Positions 23,322 to 35,284 of a stretch of DNA of 64,000 nucleotides are shown here, piece after piece. The translations under genes were made by a program, and so were the position numbers. The stretch comes from Octopus vulgaris (Eukaryota). The stretch is taken from NCBI GenBank assembly GCA_951406725.2, contig OX597833.1, positions 17,856,001-17,920,000 on the forward strand, read 5' to 3'. The notes under the pieces were generated by a model. That model made no database searches, was not told where the DNA came from, and worked only from the letters and a program-made list of their open reading frames with translations. Each line of letters begins with the position of its first letter. The stretch's first letter is position 1.

Positions 23322-23923
23322 AAAGGCGGCGAGCTGGCAGAAACGTTAGCACGCCGGGCGAAATGCGTAGCCGTATTTCGTCTGCCGTTACGTTCTGAGT
23401 TCAAATTCCGCCGAGGTCAACTTCGCCTTTCATCCTTTCGGGGTTGATAAACTAAGTACCAGTTTCGCACTGGGATCGATATAATCGACTTAATCCGTTT
23501 GTCTGTCCTTGTTTGTCCCTTCTGTGTTTAGCCCCTTGTGGGTAGTAAAGAAATTGGTATTTCGTCTGCCGTTACGTTCTGAGTTCAAATTCCGCCGAGA
23601 TCAACTTCGCCTTTCATCCTTTCGGGGTCGATAAACTAAGTACCAGTTTCGCACTGGGATCGATATAATCGACTTAATCCGTTTGTCTGTCCTTGTTTGT
23701 CCCTTCTGTGTTTAGCCCCTTGTGGGTAGTAAAGAAATTGGTATTTCGTCTGCCGTTACGTTCTGAGTTCAAATTCCGCCGAGGTCAACTTCGCCTTTCA
23801 TCCTTTCGGGGTCGATAGATTAAGTACCAGTTACGCACTGGTGTCGATGTAATCGACTTAATCCGTTTGTTTGTCCTTGTTTGTCTCCTCTATGTTTAGC
23901 CCCTTGTGGGCAATACAGAAATA
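23322..23923 (+). mobile_element. SINE A trimer (one head, three 184-bp units) in one 14-bp TSD
   Basis: Units start at 23373, 23557 and 23741; agaagagaccttat at 23308-23321 and 23924-23937. Confidence 0.92.
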
Positions 23924-24121
23924 AGAAGAGACCTTATTTAGCCTGAAGGGCTACAACGGACATGCGCAATTGGAGTCTCTGGGTACTCAACTCCTGGCTA
24001 GGAGTTGGTGTAGTGAGAGTAAGTTCAAGTGGGGAATTGAGGGGTTCACTTCGAGTCATTTCTAGAGGTTAAGGTTAGAGAAATTTTATCCTTTACACTA
24101 CAAAAAAAAAAAAGTTAACTT

Positions 24122-24280
24122 AGGCGCAGGAGTGGCTGTGTGGTAAGTAGCTTGCTTACTAACCACATGGTTCCGGGTTCAGTCCCACTACGTGGCACTT
24201 TGGGCAAGTGTCTTCTACTATAGCCTCGGGCCGACCAATGCCTTGTGAGTGGATTTGCCAGACGGAAACTGAAAGAAGCC

Positions 24281-24362
<82 letters not shown>

Positions 24363-24568
24363 AGTCTGTGTTTGTCCCCCTAGCATTGCTTGACAACCGA
24401 TGCTGGTGTGTTTACGTCCCCGTCACTTAGCGGTTCGGCAAAAGACACCGATAGAATAAGTACTGGGCTTACAAAGAATAAGTCCCGGGGTCGATTTGCT
24501 CGACTAAAGGCGGTGTTCCGGCATGGCCGCAGTCAAATGACTGAAACAAGTAAAAGAGAGTAAAGAGT
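24122..24568 (+). mobile_element. SINE B, full length
   Basis: Complete copy with internal (TA)n. Confidence 0.9.
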
Positions 24569-25191
24569 TCGTAATTTCGTTTTTATAGAGCACAGAAAGA
24601 AAATGACTCTCCCCAGACACAACAGAATAAACTTAGTAACATTTAATCTTAACGGAAGAACACCCACAAAGTTTGCACCAATCTTCGTAAGTTTATTCGC
24701 AAAGTGATACGAAATATTTTAATATTTTTTAGATACAAACCTAAAGCAAGCAAAATTTATGCATCGCCTTCCTTTTATATTTCATTTCCTTTTACTTATC
24801 TCTCTTCATTATCTTATCTCGTTTGGTTGATAATTAAGCAAGAATAATTAAGCAAATTAATTATCTTAACAATTCAACTTTCATCCGAAATAGCTTTTGG
24901 TTTGTTTTTTTTTCCACAAAAAGAAAAACATTCCTTTATAATCTGATGGACGCCTACGAAGGTGACATTTTGAAAAACCAATTATTCAAGAAAATTATTC
25001 AATATATTTGAACTTAATGGATGGAAATCAATCGAAGGCATTCCACCCAATAATATGATTGCAGGAGCACTAGAGAGATATGGCTTCGATAAATCAATAG
25101 CTTCGATAGATCAATGGCTTCGATAGATTAATGGTACAATTAGAAAGAAAATAAAGAACGAAAACGTTCGTTCTTATGTCTTTGAGAATCC

Positions 25192-25521
25192 ATACATACA
25201 TACATACATGCATGCATGCATGCATACATCATACATACGTACGTACATACATACATACATCATACATACATACATACACATACATACATACATACATACA
25301 TACATCATACATACATACATAAATGCATACATACATACATACATACATACATACATCATACATACATACATACATCATACATAAATGCATACATACATCA
25401 TATATGCATACGTACATACGTACATACATACATACATACGTACATACATACATCATACATACATCATACATACATACATACGTACATACATACATCATAC
25501 ATACATACATACGTACATACA

Positions 25522-25554
<33 letters not shown>

Positions 25555-25555
25555 C
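25192..25555. repeat. (TACA)n microsatellite
   Basis: Directly visible. Confidence 0.95.
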
Positions 25556-25569
25556 TATTGGATAATTCG

Positions 25570-26160
25570 AAGCAACGTGAATAATGAAGGAAAGTGCTCA
25601 GGCGCACTACGAAAAGAAAAAAGGCCACCAGGTGTACTGTTGGTGGATTCCAGGAAGCATGGAAGTTTTGAAGGATGTAGTGTCTCAACAGCTAACAACT
25701 GATGCGGGTAGTTTACGCCATGCTTCAGCAATTCTGAGCGTTAAAAAATGGGTGCTGTATTGTTTTTTGATTTTATAAGCATGTCTGCGAGTGTTTGTTA
25801 TATGGAATTCAAAAAGGCACCCAAGGTTGTTGTTAGAAAGATGGTGGATAATCTTGTGGGTGCCTACCAAGTCAGTTGCCAGACGTCTGAGCTTCAATGT
25901 ATCCATGCCCAGGGAAGCAAAACGTTCAGTGTATGGTAGATGTCTGACGATGAGTATTCGTTTGGTCGCACGCTTCTGAACCAGGAGATTTATATGCTGA
26001 GCAAGATAGGGGTTCCAGACTGGTGATGCAAATTCCAAGTGTGGACGTACCATTGAATAGATAGCTAGAGAGCGGCTGACAAAGGTCTTACTGAGTGATG
26101 CTAGCACCCTCTCAGCCTTCCAGACAATGTTAGAGATGTGGTTTGTCCGAGCCAAGCGCG
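25570..26160 (-). pseudogene. CR1-group LINE RT C-terminal fragment
   Basis: ORF 25685-26155: HISNIVWKA...MVRPHLEFASPVWNPYL...VQKRATK...RRLATDL...AEAWRKLP. Confidence 0.85.
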
Positions 26161-26736
26161 AATAAAGAAACCTGCAACGAATTTATCCCAAGATACGTAA
26201 AACACTAAAACGGAAAAAACTAATGCCGTACCTGAAGATGATGCAAATAAAGAACGTATGACCCTAAGCGGCCCCAAAGTAATGGTGGAGGCAAGAGAAC
26301 TGGCCAGGGAGAAGTTGGGGCTGCTATAAAACGAAACGGCCAAGCTGGGGCATAACCTTGAAGAGTTTTGACCAGACACCTCACACCCAAATTGACTCCA
26401 GGACTTATTATTGTCAGTCTGACATTTATTCTATCGATTTCCTTTACCGAATCAATAAGTCACGGGGACAACACCGGTTGCCAAGCGGTGGGTGGGGGAC
26501 AAACACACACGCGCGCGCGCGCGACGGGCTTCTTTCAGTTTCCGCCTAGCAAATTCTCTCACAAAGCTTTGGTCGATCTAGAGCTATAGTAAGGACATTT
26601 ACATGAGGCACTGTGCAGCAGGACTGAACCTGAAATCATTAAGCCGCAAAGAGAGCTGCTTAACCACACAACCAAGTACACTTTATATCAGCAATCGCTG
26701 CCGGTCTGCACGGCTCCTTGCATGCCTTGGGCGAAA

Positions 26737-26963
26737 TACACGAGGGGGTACTAAAAAGTCTCTGGCTTTCGGTAAAAGAAAATACGGGACGATCGTCAGT
26801 TAATTTATGATTTTATTCAACATATTGTCCTCTCAGATCCACTCACTTATTGCAGCGGCCCTTCAGTTTTTCAAAGCCCTATGAGAAAACTCGGAAGGTT
26901 GAGCCTCCAACCAGGCCTTTCGCAATACTCTCAAAGCCAGGAACTTTTCAGCACCCCATCATA
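26737..26963. mobile_element. Mariner-like MITE
   Basis: Imperfect TIR cgagggggtactaaaaagtctctggctt / aagccaggaacttttcagcaccccatc with TA-like flanks. Confidence 0.65.
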
Positions 26964-27084
26964 CTACCTCTATACCTAAAGACATTCAGCATCCCATCCG
27001 ACGATACGAGACAATTTTCCGTTGTATCTTTTTTCCTTATTTTATCTGTCTCCCTTAATACATCCCACCGCCTCCACATATCAA

Positions 27085-27330
27085 ACCTCTGCGACGATTT
27101 CATCTCAATCGAAGGAGAGGGGCTTTCTCCGTCCGGGTTGCGGATCCGTGGAATAAGCTGCAGGACGAGATAGTGAAGATGTCGACGACCGCTCGGTTCA
27201 AAGTCTCTCTTGATCAGAAATGGCCTGAACTCTTTGCATGAACACCCTCCCTGTACTTAACTCCATGTCCCCCTACATGCCCTTGCTTTTTGCTTTTTGA
27301 GCCAAAAAGTTAACTATTACACACACACGC
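27085..27330 (+). pseudogene. CR1-group LINE 3' end
   Basis: Translates RRFHLNRRRGAFSVRVADPWNKLQDEIVKM...KWPELFA*, followed by a 3' UTR ending in (CA)n. Confidence 0.7.
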
Positions 27331-27353
27331 ACACACACATAGAAACTCAATCT

Positions 27354-27397
27354 AAAATGCCCGACGAACGGGAACGTGAAACGCTGAGTAGCAGTTT
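27354..27397 (+). ncRNA. Type I hammerhead-like motif (CCGACGA core)
   Basis: aaaaUGC-CCGACGA-ACG-GGAA-CGU-GAAAC-GCUGA-GUA-GCAguuu. Confidence 0.45.
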
Positions 27398-27440
27398 ATT
27401 GTGACATTTTTGTAATGTTTTTGCAGCTTTAATAATAATA

Positions 27441-27527
27441 ATGCCCATGGGCATATGACGTACTGGTTAAGAGCGCAGGTTACTAACCCCAAGATTCCGA
27501 GTTCGATTCCAGGCAGTGACCTGAACA

Positions 27528-27577
<50 letters not shown>

Positions 27578-27745
27578 TATAATAATAATAACAACAACAA
27601 CATCGAAAAATACCTTAGGAATGAGAACCCACGTTCGAAATTTCCCCCATGACACAGATGAAGGCTGGAGGGTATATCAGCTGAAATGTTGTATTAACAA
27701 CAAGCAAAATGAGGACAAATATCCGTCAAATGTAAATAATAAACA
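27441..27745 (+). mobile_element. SINE E: tRNA-like head, (AAT)n, hammerhead-like 3' region
   Basis: A box-like tgacgtactgg, B box gttcgattcc; tail gacacagatgaaggctggagggtatatcagctgaaatgttg; second copy at 53700-53983. Confidence 0.75.
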
Positions 27746-27790
27746 AAATTCCCCATGTCTTAAATATAGAAATGTACACACACACATTCA

Positions 27791-27821
<31 letters not shown>

Positions 27822-27849
27822 GTATGTATGTATGTATTATGTATAAAGA

Positions 27850-28187
<338 letters not shown>

Positions 28188-28499
28188 TCTTTCATATTAT
28201 GTTTCAGCCCTAATCCTGTGTGTGTGTATAAAGAATATGAGGGGTTTAGTTCATTGAAATGCTGTGCAAGTGTTATAATTGATCATCCGATAGATTTAGA
28301 GCTCACAGCTGGTGCTGGGGATAGGGAGCCGTAGTAGGCTTCCGAGTCAGTAAGTATATATTTAAGGGAAAGAAAAAACAAAACCAAAACAGGACGAGTA
28401 TCTCAGGTCATTTAGAATATTTAATTAGAGTAACGTTAATAAAAAAAGAAGTAGAAGTAATTAATGTCTTACATATATATATATCATATTATATTTTAT

Positions 28500-28701
28500 A
28501 CTCTTTACTCTCTTTTACTTGTTTCAGTCATTTGACTGCAGCCATGCTTGAGCACCGCCTTTAGTCGAGCAAATCGACCCCCAGGACTTATTCTTTGGAA
28601 ACCTAGTACTTATTCTATCGGTGTATTTTGCCGAACCGCTAAGTTACGGGGACGTAAACACACCAGCATAGGTTGTCAAGCAATGTTCGGGAACAAGCGC
28701 G

Positions 28702-28735
<34 letters not shown>

Positions 28736-29152
28736 ACACATATGCATACATACGACGGGCTTCTTTCAGTTTCCGTCTACCAAATCCACTCACAAGGCTT
28801 TGGTCGGCCCGAAGCTAAAGTAGAAGACACTTGCCCAAGGTGCCACGCAGTGGGACTGAACCCGGAACCATGTGGTTTGTAAGCAAGCTACTTACCACAC
28901 AGCCACTCCTGCGCCTATATTTAATTTTTGAGCTGGCAGAAACGTTAGCACGTCGGGCGAAATGCGTAGCCGTATTTCGTCTGCCGTTACGTTCTGAGTT
29001 CAAATTCCGCCGAGGTCGACTTTGCCTTTCATCCTTTTGGGGTCGATAAATTAAGTACCAGTTACGCACTGAGGTCGATGTAATCGACTTAATCCGTTTG
29101 TCTGTCCTTGTTTGTCCCCTCTGTATTTAGCCCCTTGTGGGTAGTAAAGAAA
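28500..29152. mobile_element. SINE B (minus, 28500-28915) and SINE A (plus, 28931-29152), head to head
   Basis: Both full or near-full copies. Confidence 0.88.
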
Positions 29153-29193
29153 TATATATTTAATTTTTTTGATATCTTTTATATATACATATG

Positions 29194-29249
<56 letters not shown>

Positions 29250-29369
29250 ATATTTTTAATAGTCTTCGTACATCTGCGTAAGTTTAATTTTCGCTTTTTT
29301 ATTAATGCTTTTTGGCGCACGATGCATCTTATGTGGATGTTCAAGTAAATGAATGGAAAGACAATTATC

Positions 29370-29452
29370 TGTGTGTGTGTGTGTGTCTGTGTGTGTGTGT
29401 TGCGTGAACGCATCGCGTACGTGTGTGTCTGTGTCTATGAAGCATGTATATG

Positions 29453-29496
<44 letters not shown>

Positions 29497-29915
29497 GTGT
29501 GTGTGTTGCGTGAACGCATCGCGTACGTGTGTGTCTGTGTGTATGAAGCATGTATATGTTGTGTGTAAGTGTGTGTGTTTGTGTGTATGTGTATGCGTGT
29601 GTGTGTGTGTGTATGTGTGTGTGTGTGTTGCGTGAACGCATCGCGTACGTGTGTGTCTGAGTCTATGAACCATGCATGTGTTGTGTGTGTGTGTGTGTGT
29701 GTATGTGTATGCGTGTGTGTGTGTGTGTTGCGTGAACGCATCGCGTACGTGTGTGTCTGTGTGTATGAAGCATGTATATGTTGTGTGTAAGTGTGTGTGT
29801 TTGTGTGTATGTGAATGCGTGTGTATGTGTGTGTGTGTGTGTGTTGCGTGAACGCATCGCGTACATGTGTGTCTGAGTCTATGAACCATGCATGTGTTGT
29901 GTGTGTGTGTGTTTG
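29370..29915. repeat. Minisatellite of ~100-120-bp units built on TG repeats
   Basis: ttgcgtgaacgcatcgcgtac at 29400, 29506, 29628, 29728 and 29844. Confidence 0.9.
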
Positions 29916-30169
29916 TATAAAGCATGAGTGTCTACGGATTGTGTACAAATATGTGTACTCTGTGTGTATGAAGCGTGTGTATGTGTACGCATCATGTGCA
30001 CGATTGTGTGTGTGTTTGCATGTGTGTACGCATCGTGTGTGTGCTTTGCGTTTGTATGAAAAACATGTGTGCGTGTACAAATACACACGAACACACTCCA
30101 ATTATTCCATCTTCCTAAAAAAACCCAAAAAACCCGACCCCTTCTATTTTCACGCCCCACATCCAAACC

Positions 30170-30480
30170 TACCTCCCATAACACGACCCACTGTTGTTAC
30201 CCCATCCCGACCCACTCCTTCACAAACCTGAACTCTTCTCCCTCTGCAGGAGACCTTCTTTCATGACTTTGATGTCTTCCAGCAACGGGTTTCAAATCCG
30301 TGCCGATGTCGAACGATTGCTGTATTGGCCCCCAAACTGTGCGCTAATTTCCATGACTCTCCAGCAGCGTCAAGCACCTCGGCTTCACGGCCCTTCTTCG
30401 CCAACCATCGCAATGGACGCCTGGCCCTCTTCGTTCGCTTACAGTGTCAGACTTGTTTGCAGAATAAATTTATGCAGCCT
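30170..30480 (+). pseudogene. Penelope-like element N-terminal ORF remnant
   Basis: PELFSLCRRPSFMTLMSSSNGFQIRADVERL resembles, from memory, the PLE N-terminal LSxxExSxLSKGLxFxPT...xDxxxFxRRLRL region. Confidence 0.4.
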
Positions 30481-30667
30481 CTCGGTGAACTCTTTACTTC
30501 GAGTTTATTGATGAAGTATGGGAACAATAACACATTATACATGTGCCTGTATATAGCAGGCCAATTATCTTCCTGCTACATTCTGCGCCAAAGGTGTCCA
30601 TGTATGTATATGTGAATTTGATGTGGTGTGTGATGATTTCTCTGTTAGCTGTATTTGCATCAATATA

Positions 30668-30868
30668 ACTCTTTACTCTTTTACATGTTTCAGTCATTTG
30701 ACAGCGGCCATGCTGGAGCACCACCTTTAGTCGAGCAAATCGACCCCAGAACTTATTATTTGTAAGCCTAGTATCGGTCCCTCTTGCCGAACCGCTAAGT
30801 TACGGGGACGTAAACACACCGGCATCGGTTTTCAAGCGATGTTGGAGGGGACAAACACAGACGCACAA

Positions 30869-30907
<39 letters not shown>

Positions 30908-31490
30908 CGACAGGCTTCTTTCAGTTTCCGTCTACCAAATCCACTCACAAGGCTTTGGTCGGCCCGAGGCTATAGTAGAAGACACTTGCCCAAGGAGCCA
31001 CGCAGTGGGACTGAACTTGGAACCATGTGGTTGGTAAGCAAGCTACTTACCTCACAGCCACTTGGAGGATGTACTCAACTTCTGAACATCACACAGACTG
31101 GATTGAACTCTCCACGCACTCCGCTGATTCCGATGGCAGAGACGTTATCACGCCGGGCGAAATGCATAGCAGTATTTCGTCTGCCGCTTTTCATCCTTTC
31201 GGGGTCGATAAATTAAGTACCAGTTACACACTGGGGTCGATATAATCGACTTAATCCGTTTGTCTGTCCTTGTTTGTCCTCTCTGTGTTTAGACCCTTGT
31301 AGGTAGTAAAGAAATGGGTATTTCGCCCGTCTTTACGTTCTGAGTTCGAATTCCGCCGAGGTCAACTTTGCCTTTCACCCTTTCGGGGTCGATAGATTAA
31401 GTACTAGTTGCGTACTGGAGTCGATCTAATCGACTGGCCCCTTCCCCGCAAAATTTCGCGCCTTGTGCCTAGAGTAGAAAGGAATATTTA
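30668..31490. mobile_element. SINE B (minus, 30668-31060) and SINE A dimer (plus, 31135-31490)
   Basis: Dimer junction gaaatgg|gtatttcg at ~31318; the second unit ends in the alternative ccttgtgcctagagtagaaagg tail. Confidence 0.8.
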
Positions 31491-31819
31491 CCTACCAACT
31501 TTCGGGAATGTGTTTAACATGTAAAATTGGTATAGCCAATAGTGTTACACCGTTATGTTTTAATGTCTATTTAAGACCTGAGTTCGTGGGTGATTAATGG
31601 GTCGAATGGGTGCTGTCGAAGGAGCAAACACTCCTGAAATATATTTTATACGCCTATTACTCATTTTCTCATCATCGATCTCATTCTTATTACAAATTAG
31701 TGCTAGCTATAATTTCTATAGAAAATCTGTAGAGATGACTAGTCATTAAATTGGTCGACATGAACGGTGCCGTTTATGTTCCGTTCTAGTTTCTTATACG
31801 ACGAGTATTCCCACCATTT

Positions 31820-32520
31820 TTGACCAAGCTTCATTCACCCGCACTCATAAAGTCGACTGCACCATCGTCCTCTCTCACACATGTTCAGTTCACAACCAAC
31901 CGCCCTACCTCCCTCCATTTATCATCCCTTCGTCTCACCTGTCTTACGTTTCATCCTACCACACTTCCGGTTTATCAAATACAACAAGTTACGTCACACT
32001 TTCCATTCAATCTTCTTTTCCCCTCTTTTAAGAACTCGCAAAATCAACGAAACTTATTAGTCTGTAGACCGTCTAAACACTTCACACAAATCAAACCAAA
32101 TCTCCCCCACCCCAGCTCATGTCTTCGCTGCCAAACATACATCAACACCATTACCCTTCCCGGTCCTCATAATCGCTACTTCCTTACATCAAACAGTCCT
32201 CTTACTGCACCTCCAAGAACCTCATACACTGCCTAAAGTTACTATTATGCGGATCGGCTTACATTGGATAAACTAAGCGAAGTTTAACCAACAAATTCAC
32301 GAAGTACCCAAGAGACATCTAGATCGACGAGGGATCACCTGTCGCTCGTCATTTACTCTCGGCGGATCATACCACCCAGCAACCCTCTCTCTCTCTTTTT
32401 TCTTTTTGTTTTACCTTACCTTACACGTTGGGTCTCCAAGCTTCCGCCAAAATAAACAGGATTTTTATATTCCTTTTGGGAACTTCAGCCGCTTTTTCAA
32501 ATATACATAGGCTCATTTAA
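31820..32520 (+). pseudogene. Penelope-like element GIY-YIG endonuclease remnant
   Basis: Frame reads CTSKNLIHCLKLLLCGSAYIG*TKRSL...GSPVARHF, matching the PLE pattern CTSxNxIYCIxCxxCxxxYIGET; contains stops and frameshifts. Confidence 0.75.
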
Positions 32521-32780
32521 GAAAACATACACTTGCATTAATGCATTACAATTTAACAGTTATATATATATATATATATGCTATTGACGTACAAATACAC
32601 GTCTGCTGTTTTCAGTTACACACACTATTAATATAAACACCACTCACTTCAACAAAGACAACAAGCACACACAGATGCACGCTTACACACACACACACAC
32701 ACAATAAACGAAACGTTTGACATTTGGGATTTATTTGCTCTTCGTTGACGAAAGAAGCAGAAAAGGAAGAGAGAAATAGG

Positions 32781-32811
<31 letters not shown>

Positions 32812-33142
32812 GGGGGAGAAAGAGAAAGAGGAAGAGCTTGAGAGAAAGAGTGAGGGAGAGTTAGGTAAAAAGAGAAGTAGAGCGAGAAAAAGATATAGAA
32901 AAAGAAAATACGGACTAGGCAATCCCCGAGCGTTTCCGAGAAAGTTCTGCATTTTTTGAGGGACACACACACACACACACACACAAATCTGTGTGTTTTT
33001 TTAGTCCTTTATTTGTTTCAGTCATTGGATAGTGGCCATGCTGGGGTTTAGTCATTGGATAGTGGCCATGAATAGTGGCCATGAAGGGTTTAGTCAAACA
33101 AATCAACCTCAGTTCTTGCATTTTCTTCTTCTTTTATTATTA

Positions 33143-33207
<65 letters not shown>

Positions 33208-33329
33208 TTGAGACCTAGTATTTATTCTATTTGAATCTTTTGTCGAACCGCTAGGTTACGAGAACTTAAATCAACACCGGTTTTCAAATGGTGGAAGTGG
33301 ACAAACACAAACGCACACACCTCCCCGCA

Positions 33330-34415
33330 GTAGGAGTGGCTGTGTAGTAAGTAGCTTGCTTACCAATCACATGGTTCTGAGTCTAGTCCCACAGCTTGGC
33401 ACCTTGGGCAAGTATCTTCTGCTATAGCCTCGGGCCGACAAAAGCCTTGTGGGTGGATTTGGTAGACGGAAACTGAAAGAAACCCGTCGTATATATATAT
33501 ACATACATACATACATATATATACACATATATATATGTGTGAGTACAGGACATCACATAACGTAAACAACATGAAATACGAGGCAAATTTGGGTATGCAA
33601 ACGAGAGAAACAAATAGAAAACCAGACAAGTAACATAAAGAACGACCCTTCATCAGTTGTCGGCTGTCCATCCACTCCACATTTCGAGCATTTGACGACA
33701 ATATGAGGCTTCGGAAAACAGTTGTCCCGCGAACCAAAATAAAATTTGGGATTTGCGGAGGGACAAAGTTGGTAGCAAAAACAGGACAGTGGCGATGCAC
33801 AACAAACCAAACGAAAACAAACACGGAGGACCGTTAGGCCGTGTCTGTGTTTGTCCCACTACCATCGCTTGACAACCGTTGCTGGTGTGTTTACGTCCCC
33901 GTAACTTAGCAGTTCGGCAAAAGAAACCGATAGAATAAGCCTAGTGGCTTACGAAGAATAAGTCTAGGGGTCGATTTGCTCGACAAAAAGGCGGTGCTCC
34001 AGCATAGCCAAAGTCAAAATGACTGAAGCCTGTGTGGTAAGTAGCTTGTTAACCAACCACATGGTTCCGGGTTCAGTCCCACTGCGTGGCACCTTAGGCA
34101 AATGTCTTCTACTATAGCCTCGGGCCGACCAAAGCGTTGTGAGTGGATTTGGTAGACGGAAACTGAAAGAAGCCCGTCGTATATATGTATATTTATATGC
34201 GTGTGTGTGTTTGTCCCCCTAGCATTGCTTGACAACCTATGCTGGTGTGTTTATGTCCCCGTTACTTAGCGGTTCGGCAAAAAGGGACCGATAGAATAAG
34301 TACTGGGGTTACAAAAGAATAAGTTCCGGGGTCGAGTTGCTCGATTAAAGGCGGTGCTCCAGCATGGCCGCAGTCAAATGACTGAAACAAGTAAAAGAGT
34401 AAAAGAGTAAAGAGT
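33330..34415 (+). mobile_element. Two SINE B copies, the first split by a ~300-bp insertion (33545-33840)
   Basis: Heads at ~33330 and ~34030; the insert starts gagtacaggaca like 50843-51010. Confidence 0.8.
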
Positions 34416-34541
34416 ATATATATATATATATATATATGTAGGTCCCGGGTTGATTCGGGGTTAACCACAGTAAATAAGGTATTCAAGATTTCTCTTGAAT
34501 GAAACAGTTCTAGTCCTGTAGAAGCTCCTTCTATATAATAA

Positions 34542-34614
<73 letters not shown>

Positions 34615-35247
34615 GACGGGTTTCAACACAGTTCCCGTCTGCCAAATCCACTCACAAGGCATTCATGGGCATGGTGGTGGGGGTTATAGTAGCAAAAGGT
34701 GCCGCGTAGTGAGTCTGAATCTGAAATTATGTGGTTACAAAGCGAATTTTTTAATCGCACAGCCATGCCTGCGCCGATAAAATTAAAGAATGCTTTCTTG
34801 AAAGTTTGCTGATACGAAAGAATCAATTTGATTGTGCATGCGGCAGGCCCTGTTTTACCACTCTACGATATACAAGTGACATCTGTTCGTTCAGATATTT
34901 GGCATTTAGTAATCCAATCCTAATCTTTCTTAGCTTGAAGTGGAGGAACCCTAGCTGTAAGAACTGGCAATAATATGAGGGTAGGGAAGGGAAGGGGGAC
35001 AGAAAATGGGAGTAAGAGAAATTAAAAAGATTAGAATAACGGAAGAAAAGCGAGAGAGAGAGAGAGAGTGGGGGGTGGGTGAGAAAATTAAAAACACCAA
35101 GTGAGAAAGAGAGAACGAGGTGTTGGTAGTGTTTGGTAGCAGAGATAAGGAGCAATAAATGACAACGAATGGATGATAAAAGAACTTGAATGTAATGGGA
35201 CAAAGGGAGAGAAAGAGAGAGAGAGAGAGAGAGATAGATAGATAGAT

Positions 35248-35284
<37 letters not shown>

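Noticed and set aside
33640-33700. GAAA...CUGAUGA motifs in inserts at 33640, 50965, 42430 and 56790
   Set aside because: I could not build consistent stems I and III; possibly decayed PLE termini, not supportable as ribozymes.
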